Origin: Asterias rubens
Lineage: Eukaryota
NCBI RefSeq assembly: GCF_902459465.1
Contig: NC_047062.1
Coordinates: 14,074,001 to 14,138,000 of the forward strand
Length of the DNA stretch: 64,000 bases
Reading direction: 5' to 3'
The translations under genes were made by a program, and so were the position numbers. The first letter of the stretch is position 1, and the number at the start of each line of letters is the position of its first letter. This document shows positions 1-19,200 of this stretch, piece after piece. The notes under the pieces are model-generated. The model ran no database searches and was not told the origin of the DNA. It saw nothing but the letters and a program-made list of their open reading frames with translations.

Positions 1-461
1 AGCTACAGCTACAGCTACGACTAGAGCAAAGGGTGTTGCTGAGGACATCCTATACTTCAACGCATGATGTGGTCATGTAGCCAAAGCCATAGCCACTAGC
101 TCAAACATGGCTTAAGCTGGTTCTCACCTTTAAGAAATTGGCATCAAGCTGACTAGCCACAGCTCGGGCTAAAAGGGTCTTTCCAGTCCCTGTACAAACG
201 AGAAATTAAACAGTTCACTCAAAATACGCAGTTTTCACTCATCAACATAAAAACTTGATGCAGTAGGGCTAGATCACAGGCACAAAAGGCCTTGTGTTTT
301 TCAACTAGCGAACGTGCGACATTTTTGAATTGCAGAAAACTCACTTTTACAAAAAATGCAACCCAAGTTAAAAACAAATGATTTTGAAAGAGAAACCCTA
401 GAAATAAAATGAAGAAAAATATTTTGGGGTGCTTTTATTGTTCTGTACTGATGTTACCCAC

Positions 462-6472
<6,011 letters not shown>

Positions 6473-6599
6473 GATGAACAATTTATTTTTGTATACTCGC
6501 TGTCGATCGGTTGAGGGCGCTATACCTGTCTGCCGTGAATCGAAAAATATCTCGGCATGTTTCAGTTTTACATTTTTTAGCTACAGAGGTCCGGTTAGA
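6473..6599. promoter_or_regulatory. Bidirectional promoter PSMC6/MRPS5
   Basis: Divergent start codons only 127 bp apart; CpG-retaining; contains TTGAGGGCGCT at 6511-6521. Confidence 0.85.
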
Positions 6600-9500
6600 A
6601 TGGCGAGTTATGGTAACTTTGCGCTGGCAAGATTGTGTGCAAATTTTTCAAAGGGTGAGTGCATTTCAAAACTACCCCTTAACATTTTCGGCCATTGTTT
6701 TACTCTGTTGGTTGGTCCACCACAAAATTTCACAAATAGGTTAAAATTAGGATTTGGCCTAGCCCTAGGCATACTGATGTAGCACAGTGCACTACACTAC
6801 ACTACATGCAAAGTAGCCCAGGGGTCGATTTCACATAGAGTTGTATGGCTAGTCCTAAGTTAGGACCCGTAACTCGTCCTAACTCGAGATAAGACTAGTC
6901 TTAACTCTTTGTGAAATCCACCCCTGGGCCCAATTTCATAGCGCTGCTAAGCATATAAATTTGCTTAGCATGAAATTTCTTCCTTGATAAAAACAGGATT
7001 ACCAACCAAACTTCAGTTTGTTGCATATTGCTTGTTACTGGTATTTAGCTGTTGTTTGTTTATCCTGAAAATCACGTGGAAACCAGACAATTGAGTCAGA
7101 AAAGAAACTCAGGATAACTTTCACTCCATCACAGCAATCTCAAATTATCCGACCACTCATGGAGGTAGAATGGTCAACTCAACCAATTTTGAAATATGCA
7201 ATAGGCCTAAAATTAACTGTTAAATTTAAGCTCATTCGGTCATCGGAGTCGGGAGAAAATAACGGGAAAACCCACACTTGTATCCGCACATTTCGCCGTG
7301 TCATGACACGTGTCTGAAATAAATCCGTAGTTCTCGATATCGAGAATTGATATTGTTTTAATGTTTTCTCAAAAAGTAAAGCATTTCATGGAATAATATT
7401 TTAAGAGTTCAGTCTTTCACCACTACCTTCTGTAAACCCTGTAAGTTATTTGCAAATCTGTGAACTTTTTTTCTATACTGAGTGAAAGGGTCCAATGGCT
7501 TTAATACCAAAATTATCAATACCAGTCAAACGGCAAACAGAAAACAGGAAAAAAGAAATACTCATATATTAATTACAAAGGTCAAGCTCCATGAGAAATG
7601 TGATGTGTTTTTTATTCAAAAATCAAACGAAATGCATTAAAATTCTAGTTTCTACAAAATGAAGAAAACACCTGCGTACTATTATACAAAAACATTACTT
7701 TGTTGCGATAATTGTCACTTCCCATCCATCCGATTATGATTATCACAAGATTAAGAAAAACAGCATCTAAACCTTTATTGACATTTGACACAGCTTCAAT
7801 GAAATTCTATTGCTGTAAATCCTTCATTATTTTAAATCTGCATGTAATTAAAACTAATCAGGTTGTAATTAATATTTAATCAATGTTTATCCTCTACGGT
7901 CTCTCATATAGGTCTCTCAGTTTCAACGACCAGACACTGCAGTACAATACCAAGCTTGACCAATAGGTTACATAACAAGCAGACGTCCAATGCATTGCTA
8001 CCAGCACCTCAGGTGGTTGTGACACCAAGCAGACACACAAGCTGGTTCAACACATGTTTGTATATCCCTTTTTTCATAGATGATGGTGTGAATACTTCAA
8101 GGGCTGTTATGGATCTTTTTTAACATTGGTCCGAATGACAACTATGAATATGATCAACACCAATACAGCTAAAAGAGCCCAGCAAGGTGGGCTGTTAGTG
8201 TTATGGATCTCTTTTAACATTGGTCCTATCAAAATGGCAACTATGATACTGATGTTTAAGGAGACTCATAGAAGCTCACTTTGTTGGGCTGTTGTCTTAT
8301 CAAATAGTGACTATGATAAGACCAATTTTTAAAGAGGGCCATAACAGCCCAACAAATTCTGCTAGTTGATGGCCACAGGTTTGTGGCTTAATTTCATGGC
8401 ACTGCTTATATAGCGAATCTTTGCCCTTAAGGCCGGTAGAATAACTTACTTTATAGGGCGCCATTAGCACAAATTTGGTGGTGATTAGTCCCATGAAATT
8501 TGGACCTCCTAAACCTGAAACCAGTAAACTTGCGAGGATAACCATGTATGAATATCGTTTGGGAGAAGTGGTGCTCGACCTTTCGAACAGTACACTCTGC
8601 TCGACTTCTCTGTACACATAGTTGTATCTGCAAGTTTACTGGTAATAGTTACTTCTTTAAAAATATACAGATCACATTTTGTACTTTTGAATGTGTATGT
8701 TATGCTCTAATTTGAGAAAGCCTAAGCTAGGGTTAAAACATGAGACCATGAACCATTTTTGCACTTTTTATAGATATTTAAAATCTCAGGTACTAGAAAG
8801 TGTTACTTTAACAGATATTGGAAAACAGATTTGATATTTCCCACCCGAAATGCTCTTTTGATTATCTGTGATTTTATTGGTGCAATGCAGTAACGGCAGA
8901 CCAGCTATGGAAAGGAATGCTGGCAACCACAGGAAAGGCTCAGACCAAGGCAAGGGGAAAACGACCCGCTAAGAGGATCAAGAAAGATCTCAACAGAGGA
9001 CAGATTATTGGAGAAGGTAACTATCAAGTTTAGGAGCACTTAGAAATAACCTTTTTTTTCTTTGTAAAGATTGCTAAAAATTGTCAGTTCTTGAAATAAT
9101 GTAGTTATTATATAAATACAAAAATATAAAACATACTTAAGAGTGTTATTTGTTCTTACCCTTACACCGATGTGCATACTCAGTACTTTTCTGAGGTCTG
9201 TGGAAAAAAACACCTCGGCAAATCACTCAGGTGGGATTCATCTGGAGAGGAGTTGTGGAAATTTAAAGAAATGGTTGCAACTAAAAGTAAAGGAACCACA
9301 GATTAAGATCTAATTTGGTTTTTTACGATTATCACAGTATACTCGGTCCTTTGCGAGTCTTAAAACTAAACGCAGTTTTTAAATGTTGTTTTTCTCAATA
9401 GGAAAGGCAAACATAGCCTGGCCAGGGCTCAACGCACCCATCGTGAAAGACCGTGTTGTGCAGACCATGGAAACGAGGGCGCCAGACCCAGAGCGGGAAG

Positions 9501-12500
9501 AGAAGCTTCAGATGATCCGTGCTCAGTGGGATAAGAAGAAGAGACGCACGGTACCCGCAGAGGAGCGAGGCTGGACCTCCAAGAGTTGGGGAGGGCGTAG
9601 ATTGGGCCCTCCTGATCCAATACCAGGAGGTGAATAATAAGGATGTTGTAAATTTTGAAAATAAGGCATCGGAGTAGTTTTAAGTTTGCGGACAACATTG
9701 ATAGTTTTGTTGTTTGTGAAATACCAGTATCCACATTTTATGTAACCTACATCAAATCTGGAATTTCATCTTTGAAAGGGCAAGGCCATTTTCATTTTGT
9801 AAAGGGCACTTCCTTTGGAAAATCTTAAAGTCAATGTGAAAATTATGATGGGGCACCAAGGCCAAGACCAGGGGCAACATAGTTCATGGCCTCCATGGCC
9901 GGCGTGTAATTTCAGGCCTGCTACACATGCATGAAAAAACAAACCTGGAAAGTTTTAAGATTAAACAGTCACTGGAGTCACAAGAAAGTAGTGGAATTTT
10001 TTTGGTACATGTTTTCATTGGCTGTGGACTCACAAGATCATAACTAATTGACCAAAGCTGTTTGAAGTGATGTTATACACCATGGTCTTTAAACAATAAG
10101 TTCTGGAAAATCCTTGTACATTTATATTTTCACTCTAACCTTTAAAATGTTTGTTGTTTTGATTTTGTTTTTATAATTTTGTTTTTCTAAACAGAGAACT
10201 TTGAAGGCTTTGATTCCCGAGTTGTGATTGTACGGCGAGTGTTCAACATGACTGGTACCGTCGGCAGAAAACGCAGTATGTCTGCTCTGGTTGTTGTCGG
10301 CAACCAGAACGGTGCTATAGGTATGAATTTCATTTTTGTGTTTGACCATCTTCCCTGTAAGGGTTCATTATGCACTTCCATTGGAAAATCTTACACTCTG
10401 TGGGAAACTTTTGAAGGGGCAACAAGGCCTAGAAAGAGGCCTCTGTGGCCTTCATGTAATTCACGGCTTGGAAAATACATGTGTAAATTGTACATGGTCA
10501 TGGTTAGACCATAGTATTATTGAAGACATTTTTACTCAACATCGATATAACTTTTATTCATTTATCCTGCAGACATGGTAGCTGCCATTGAAAACTTCAA
10601 TGTTTTATTTGTTTTTGTTTGTGTTGTTTGTTCTTCATCTGTGCAGGTTATGCGATGGGGAAAGCCCCAGATGTGATGTCAGCATTAAGGAAAGCCAAAA
10701 ACAAAGCTGCCAACTATCTTCATTACATCGAGCGCTATGACAACCACACAGGTACAACTATGATTTGTCAGGAGTTTGGCCTGAATTCATTGGTTTTAAT
10801 TGATCTCCCTTCACCTCCAGATTTGTTATTATTATATATTTCTGGTAGTGAAACCAAGGATACCTCATAAGTAAACTTCACAACTGTAGCTCGCAAGCCT
10901 GAGGAAACCTGTGCTTGCTATGTGAACCAAAAACACCAGGGTTAACCTCTACTCTTCAACGATACATGTTCTGGGTTCTTTTATGTGCACTACCAACCTT
11001 TAGTACACTGAACCTACAGCTTATTTTCCCATCTGAAAGGACAAAGTAATTTTGGTATAAAGTATCTTGCTCAAGGACATAAGTATCTTAACCACTCGGC
11101 CACGACAGGCAATGCAGTTGCAATCGTAGACAAGAGCGGCATAGTTGTGATCAAACCGCTACAGTTGTTGTGATCCTCATTAATGTATTCAAGGGGCTTC
11201 ATCTCCAGACCAAGAGGAGATGATGAGCATTTGCCCAGATTTTGTGTAATGTTTGCACAATCACATTCCTGAACATACGGATCAGTAGTCTGTAGTAGAT
11301 TACTCTGCTGACTGAAAATTTTGTATTTTTCCTTCACTTCACTGTTAAATTTGTCTTGTTGTATCAGTATCAAGAATTAAACTGAGAACTTTTGATTGTT
11401 GGTTATTTTCAGTTTATCATGATATCGAGTCCAAGTTCCAGGTGACAAGAGTGAGAATTCAGAAACAGAACAAAGGTAGGTTAACATTTCACGATTCAGT
11501 TTGCATTGAACAATTTCTACCGAAGCTAGTGTGATACAACCCTTACAAACACTAGGGAGATGGAGTCAAAACATTTACCACTTTCTATCCAAAATCATCC
11601 CCAGTTATTGGATGTTAGTGAGAACACCAGAATGGTGCATCATAAACCCCTCATGAAACCACTTCTCAATCAAGTAGCACTTTCCCACATTTCTCATTTC
11701 CCATAGTTTGTTTGAATTATTGAGCTCATATTGCCGTTTCTCCCCGTCTCATTTCTAGGCTATGGGTTACGATGTCATCGAATCCTGAAGCAGATCTGTC
11801 GACTAGCTGGTATTAAGGACCTCTATGCCAGGGTGTATGGCTCCAAGAATCCCATCAATCTCACAGTGGCTTTCATTAATGGACTCGCTAACCAGGTTTG
11901 TGTGTTTCTCTGTCCAGAAGAATCTTCTCATCTAAGATTCTATTGGTAAAATTTTCACCGAGTCAACCAACCATTTGAAACCTTTCAAGTACACACTGGT
12001 TGTGTAGGGTGGCAAAACTGCGCAGAGAACGAGCTTGGTACATATCTTAAATGACACCATGCTGCAGGTTGGAATAGTTTATCATATCAAAATACCACAG
12101 TGGGTGATATTAAATGGTCAAACAGTAGGAGAGTTGACTGTGTACTGTGTAGGTGCATTAACCATATGATATATTGCAGGCTGGTATACTTTTCAAAAAA
12201 AATACACAAACTTTCCATTTTTATATAATGCGAGTAAGTAACCCTGTAGTAGCATTTGTGTGTAGTGGCTGAGTGTACAAGTGCACTGGACTTAAGCTCT
12301 GGTGTTTCTGATCAGCGGAATGTGGTCTTGACACTTTAACCATTATTATTTTGTCCCCCAGTACCCGTATCATTACGAGAAGGGATTCACCCCAGTATTT
12401 CTGGTATGGTTGGCTGAAGATTACACCACTGCACTTTGTAAACCGTTAATGGGTGTTGTATTACAAACATAGCTCTGCATACCTTGTAGGATAACAAAGT

Positions 12501-12858
12501 AGTGCTTTGAGACATCCTCAGGTGTGATACAGTGTTGAATAAGAACTGCGCATTATTACACAAACATTATTTGTCTTTATTTTTCCAATACAATCAAATT
12601 AATCACTCTCTATTATCGTGTCTTCCTTCGATTGTACAGGAGACCCACCAACAGATAGCTGACAGGAAAGGCCTGCACGTTGTAGAGTTCCGCAAAGAGT
12701 GTGGTCCACTCCCAATCGTTGTTGCCTCCCCTGAGAAAGCACAGCTTCTTGAAGATGTGGAGGAGGAGCCTTGGGATAAAGAGCTTCCTTTAGAGTGGAA
12801 GGAAGAAAGACCAAGAAAGACCAATAGTTTCAGTCGAGAAGGAACCATTTTCTTCTAA
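6600..12858 (+). CDS. MRPS5: Mitochondrial small ribosomal subunit protein uS5m, 9 exons, about 400 aa
   Basis: Exons 6600-6654, 7912-8055, 8891-9016, 9402-9629, 10195-10320, 10647-10751, 11413-11475, 11759-11895 and 12640-12858 total 1203 nt in frame. Motifs [69 protein letters not shown] and [31 protein letters not shown] match MRPS5. The first two exons (presequence region) are less certain. Confidence 0.95.
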
Positions 12859-14939
12859 ATGTTGGGGTTTTTGATTTAAGAGAAGCAGATGATAAACTTA
12901 ACTTATGCACCTGCCTGTAGTGTCCGAGAATTCTTTCAGACTGATTCCATTTCAACATAAATTATGCTCACAATATGAGGATATTGAAAGCTGTGAGAAT
13001 AAGACAGAAGATATGGAGGGTTGAGTTTACACATGAAAGCATCGGAATACATGGGTGCGTTTTGGCGGTTGTTTCGATCATTTGCCAATAGATAGTCTTT
13101 ATGAAAACACCAGTCTCTACCTTTAAGTAAAATGCCGCTGTGTTTGCTACCCGCAAGTGGGATTTTTGTTAACATCTATAAGTGTTCGATGATATCACAT
13201 TTCAACTTGAGTGACTTTGGCTAAAAACAGCTTAGTGCAAAATTGATGACTAAGCATTTGTAGCGATCTGGCCATTCCTTCAGTCACAGCCTACGATTAA
13301 TTGCATGTATTTAAATGGGAGTGGGGGTAGGGGGGGGGATGGGGGTTGGCTCAACCATGACTCTTTGACAAATGCAGTATTTGAAATTTATGTTTAAAAA
13401 ATACCCAATGTTGCAGTTCTAATGAAAAACTCCATTTCAGCAGAGAACTGATGTGGTATCCAACTTAAAAAACAAACATGTATGAGACAAAGAAATGATC
13501 ACTGGAACTGATGTAGTTCTCTAAACCGAATGTTTTTCCCGTCACCATTGTACATTAAAATCAGCTTATATTCCTGAAGATTGATCCTCGATTAATTTTG
13601 TTTGGTTTATTCTTCATTTCAATGTTAACTCACATTGTTTATTATCTGCAGAAAACATTTAATGCTTAAAAATTGTCTGCCAAGCAAAACAAAAATGAAA
13701 CCAGGATACAGTCACAGATTGAACATGTAAGATGGTACTTTGGCTGGTAACCATATTCTGGTGAGCATAATTTTATTGTGCTTTATAGCTACTTTTTGTG
13801 CTCAAAGTAGCTTTATGAAATTGGGCCCTGGTTGTCTTAAAAAAATCCCTATCAAGATAATAGATTTAAATTCTGCTGGGGTGATTTTTGTGACCCGCCC
13901 ACAAACGTGTTTGAACTTCGGTTACTGGTCAATCTTTTTCTACAAGTCATGCTGTGCTGTGAATGCTAAAATCTTCTCACAAACTTGCAATCAAGATTTT
14001 GTCTTAGTTAGGCTGGATTTTAGGATGGCCAATGTTCCAAAATATCAATTTTATTGGACTTGAATTCAAGTATCAGCCACGACGAACTCACCAACATGTA
14101 AGCTTTCAATCACCCGATAACTAGATAGACCGCAAGAGGGCGCTATTTCATGAAAGAAAGTATTGGCTATCGGGTAGGCCACAATCACATACTTGAAACC
14201 AAGTCTGCCATTTTTTAGCAAGCATTTGTTTAACAATAATATGACAAACCAATGATGTTGAAATTATGATATCAAGTAAGGTTTCATTACGTGAACAACA
14301 GCTTTGCCAAAAGGGTAGTTGGGTTCACTTTTAAGCTATTCGAAGCATAGCGTGACTCGAACTAACTCTTAAAATTTCAGTTTTCTTGTAACTATTTCTT
14401 TTTTACTTTTTGGTACATCTTCTTCGCTACAGTCTTCAACAGATAACATTCTAAATACAATTCCATTTCTCATCATGTACGTTCTCAAAATTATCTTTAA
14501 AAAAAACTGTCATTGTCGACAATCACCTTTTGTTCCCCAAACTATTTTACATGGTCATCGACTGATCATTGGTGTCTCAATTTGAACATTGTCCAAAACC
14601 GTGGGGGAAAAAACACGGAAGAACATTTTAGCCTAACTTTTACATGCACTAAGGCATAAGCCGTTTCTCCTTTTTTCATTGGCACATAATAAACTCACAA
14701 GAGTTGTTTAAGTAGGTGAATATTCCAACAGTTTTTGGTATCCGGTATGAGAGTCAAGAATTGACGTGATTGTTTGACGACAAACACATGTAATGGCCAA
14801 TCTAAGCCTAGGAAGAAGAATCCAGGCTTGCCATCTTTGTCAAAAGTTGTCTTCTGGGAAGGCGGGGAAGAAAAATTAAAACAAGCAAGACTAAACCTCT
14901 ATTAAATCATTGCAGTAACCGCTGCTGCAATACAGCCAC

Positions 14940-15090
14940 TATGCCTCTCAGTGGTCTAGTTGGAAAGACATCTGCTCTAGAATTGCAAAGGTCGTGGGTT
15001 TAAATCCTACCCCAGTAATATGCCTGTGATTTTTGTCCACAGAACTCTGAGAAAGTGCCGAGTATATCAGTGCTAACACACATTGGTTTA
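14940..15090 (+). mobile_element. tRNA-derived SINE family 1; copies also at 20598-20745 and 45125-45265
   Basis: A-box-like gtggtctagttgg and B-box-like ggtttaaatcc/gattcgaatcc, followed by a shared non-tRNA body (gaaagtaccgagtatacagtgctaacacacat); too degenerate for a cloverleaf. Confidence 0.8.
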
Positions 15091-15843
15091 AGACTTAAAC
15101 AAAATTTTTATAAATTATCACCTGTTATAATAACTGTACTAACCGTGGGGGGGGGGGGGGACACACGCATACTTGTACGCAATTTAAATTGTGAAGTTAA
15201 CAAGACATTTCCACTTTTCTTCTTGACAGCTTTTGATTATGTATAAATTTATTTTATTTGTCTATTATGAATATAGCAACACATAAATCGCGCACCAATG
15301 TAGAGAGCTGTAAAACATTTGCAGTTTTACTTGTTTTAATATTCCTCCAATTCAGATGTTTGAAAAAAATACTTTACATCCATTTTCAATAATCAAGTAC
15401 TAGTCTTTTTAAAGCAGAGTATATGGACATTGTGTAAATAATTTTTTTTTTTAAATATGTGATCAAGTGAAAACAATTTTATCTGCACTGATGATACAAA
15501 TTTTATAAAAGGATTCAAGTTTAGAACCATATGGATAAAAACAAATCAAAATCATGCCTGATCCACAAATTTTAGCCATAGATTTAATAAAAATAAATAA
15601 TCAAATAAAGTATGGTAAACAGTGTTCTGTTTCACTACAGCATTCGTAATTGAGAACTTATTCAGTCTTGTATTTACCAAGGCATTATCAAACAAAATTA
15701 TTGAAATTTACCAAGTCCGCCTCCCTTGTGGTTTATTACTTCATTATTCTTAATCAAAAAATAGTTGTTTTAGTCTGATATAAAAAAACAAGGAAGGTAT
15801 TAGTAACACTTAAAGACTAACTAATTACATTTAAAAAAAAACA

Positions 15844-15918
15844 TGCATAAGCTTTTGTAGCAACAACTACTTCATCTTTGCATCTGATGAAGTAGTAGTT
15901 GCAACAAAAGCTTATGCA
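15844..15918. repeat. 75-nt hairpin (33-bp arms, 2 mismatches, 9-nt loop) between the convergent MRPS5 and CEBPZ 3' ends
   Basis: tgcataagcttttgtagcaacaactacttcatc-tttgcatct-gatgaagtagtagttgcaacaaaagcttatgca. Confidence 0.9.
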
Positions 15919-16298
15919 GTTTTGTATGCAATCCCTAACTCTTTAGGTGCTACTATTACCTTCTTTGTTTCATAATGCTTTTAATTACACAGCTAACGCA
16001 TACATTTTGCGCTAACTCAGTAGCGGCAAAATCTGCGGTAAGCAGAACCTTAAAACTGACCCCAGATTTTGCAGACAGCCCTCCAATTCTCAGCAGCATT
16101 GTCAAGTTAGTTGACCAAAAGAACAAAGGGGTAGTTATACCTCTGCACAAACTTATTGTACTGTACAGTAGAGATAAATTTACCAAATTGTATAATACAA
16201 AATAAAAGCAAAAATCACCACAACACAGAACCTAGCGAATGGTCAGTCAGTTGGAGAGTGAATTTTAATAAGAGTTATTTATTTCATCCATGATCCAT

Positions 16299-19200
16299 TC
16301 ACTTTCTCCTCTTTCCCTTAGCGTTTCCTCCTTTGGCTTGATAAGCCCCACTCTTGGCTCCACCCGTCTTAGGTTGTCCCTTCTGCTGCCCTTTCTTAAA
16401 TGGTTTGCCCTTGCCACGTTTCTTGGCCATCATGGTCTTCGGGTCTCTACCCTGGACCCACTGGTCTCGTTTCACCTCCCAATTCAGCTGTTTGGCATCT
16501 GTGTATATACAAAAATGGCATGGTTGTGGTCACAGGAAAAAATAAAACTAATCAAATCAATTAATCTTTAAATTTACATATACAAAACTAAACTCACAAA
16601 TGCTAAATGTGGCAATTAAAGATAGATAAAAATAATAATAAAAATGTACACAAACATATATAAACGAAATAAAGAAGTTCAGCACAGAAACAAAAATATA
16701 TATATACATATATGAAGGCTCCTGAACAATCTGATAAATCCACTCTGCGGTAGTAGAATATATAGCAAGACAGTTCCCTAAAGAACAAATTCTAACTGGC
16801 AAGTAGATACATACATGGCGTTACCGCAAACCAAAAATATATTGATACCTTACCATGACAATATCTCAAGTTGCGCTAATTTCATAGTTGCATGAAAATG
16901 ATTTGTTTTAGATTCCCCTGATGTGTACAAACAAATTTATGCTCAGCATGTTTGCGTCCCAGTAATGGCAGACAACACTGGTGCAGACAAACCCAATGGA
17001 GCAGCATGTCTATATATCATTGTGCGTTTATAAAGATTACTTACGTGCATTATCTTTGTTGGCCATGGCATTGAGGCCAATACTATCAAACTTGGCTCCA
17101 ACATGTTCATCCATCAATGATGAAAACTGCAAAGGAACATAAAAAGTAAACATCAATGAGTGTGTATATCAAGAAACTTGTCCTAACTCGAGATACAACT
17201 CTGGTCCACTCCTGGTTAATTCACTGTCAATCCATTGAACGACATATGATTTATGCTTTTATAGAAAATACTAAGCTATTTAATAACAATCTTCCTGATT
17301 TTCTGAATGCAGAACAAATCCGAAATGAGGTTAATATAGGAAGATCATCATTAGATTTTATTTGATTTTGTTTATTGCCATTTGCAAAAATGTATACAAT
17401 AGAAACCGTCTTGGCTCTCCTGCTTAAAAAATACGTAACAAAATATGATAATATGTAAATCAAGAAATACATAATATTAAGACAAGAAAGGAAATTAGTA
17501 TAAAGTCTGTCAGATTGATTACTTATCATTCAGTCCCCTAACTGCTGTTGGATTAAACCTTGGCCTGAATTGTTCTGCACTTAATTGTTTTGTATCACTT
17601 CCCTGATGTTAACAAATCAAGTAATTCATTGGCTGACAAGACAAACATTTTGCGACTTACCTCTTCTGCAGTAGCTTGTAATCCTTGGCTATCTCCACCT
17701 CCATCAGTCTTCCTCTTTTTACCTCCTCTCCTCGCTGCCTTTCCTACTTTTCTCTTGCCCGTTCCCATGGCTCCAAGGAAGTCCACATCCTGATCAGAAT
17801 CCGATTCCTCATTTACTGTACGTTTCTTGCTCTTCTTAAGCTTGGCTGCTTTGGACGAGGTTTGCTCTGAAACAAAAACAAGTTAAACAAATTAAAAACA
17901 GAAAAATTCACAGCAATGTTCAAACTTTTTCTAGTGTGATTAAGATTTTAATGTTTGAGATTAAAAGTTATATCATCACAATAAAAATAGTACACCTTGT
18001 GTTCTAGATTTGACATCAAGTATGAATTTTCTGGATACCTTTAGAAAAAATATATGCATGAATTCAATATTTTTTTAAAGATGTTTTCAGATACACTGTT
18101 AAAGAAGAGAGATAAAAAGAGAAAAAAACACTTAGCTTCTTAAAGTTGTCAAAAAATTACAAACAGCCATTTAAAAAAAAAAAAAAATTAAGAACAAATA
18201 ACAAATATTGTATATACTTTAAAGTAAATTAATATTTTACCAAAATGGATCATCCTACATAGAGTAGTACTAGTACTATCCAATTGTATCAATATATCTC
18301 TAAGCTTCCATAAATTTTCCAACAAAAATATAACTTATTCTGGCTTTTTAATGTACACTTTGTTAATCGAGGTCTACACAATTAACGGTGGAGCTGTCAC
18401 TATGAATCCAAGGGGGAAACTCAGCTGCAAATAATAATAGTAATACATTTGTAATGCGCCATCTTTCAATGACCAAATATATTTTGAGGTGCTGGGATAA
18501 AGAAGAAAACATTTAAATAATAAACACATAAGGAAAGCACATTGAAGATAAATAAAGACAGTGTATACAATGAAAACGATTAGTTCTAATATTTATTATG
18601 TTTTACAAAAAACATTCAATACACTTTACAATTTGTGCCCTAGTCACTAGGCCAGTAAAATTCCTGTGATCCTTCTCAGCTCTCTGGGAAGTATACAGCC
18701 TTAAGGTCACACTGGCCTCGATAACGAGAACGAAAATGAGAACGTTAACAATCCTTGCCCACAACTGGTTGAATTAAGCGTAAGTGTATTCTGCGCGGAG
18801 CAATTCAATTAATGGAATGCGTCCTGATCGCATCGTTTTCATTATCGCTGCAGTGTGATTGGACCTTCAGACTGCCATGGCACTCTTCAGGCTTTTTCAA
18901 TTAACCTACGCCCATTTACAACACTGGGTGAAAAGAAGCAATCATACTAGAGCATCTTGCTAAAGTGTCATGACTGGGATTAACAATGCCATAAGGTTTA
19001 TCGCGAATAGCAAAATATCAAGAGATGGCCCTGTTGAACCCACACAAACATATAGGCCATGCGTGCGCGAGTCGTGCTTGACAACATACACCGCATAGCA
19101 AACTGCCCCATCCGCCTACCCACAATGCATTGCGGTTCTGAATCGCGATAAACCTTTTGCCATATATATATCGTATGCAATGATGTGTGCGTTTCAAACA

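Noticed and set aside
14940-15010. tRNA-like sequences (also near 20600, 45125, 12265, 23740, 60190)
   Set aside because: Degenerate A/B boxes followed by shared SINE bodies; no complete cloverleaf.
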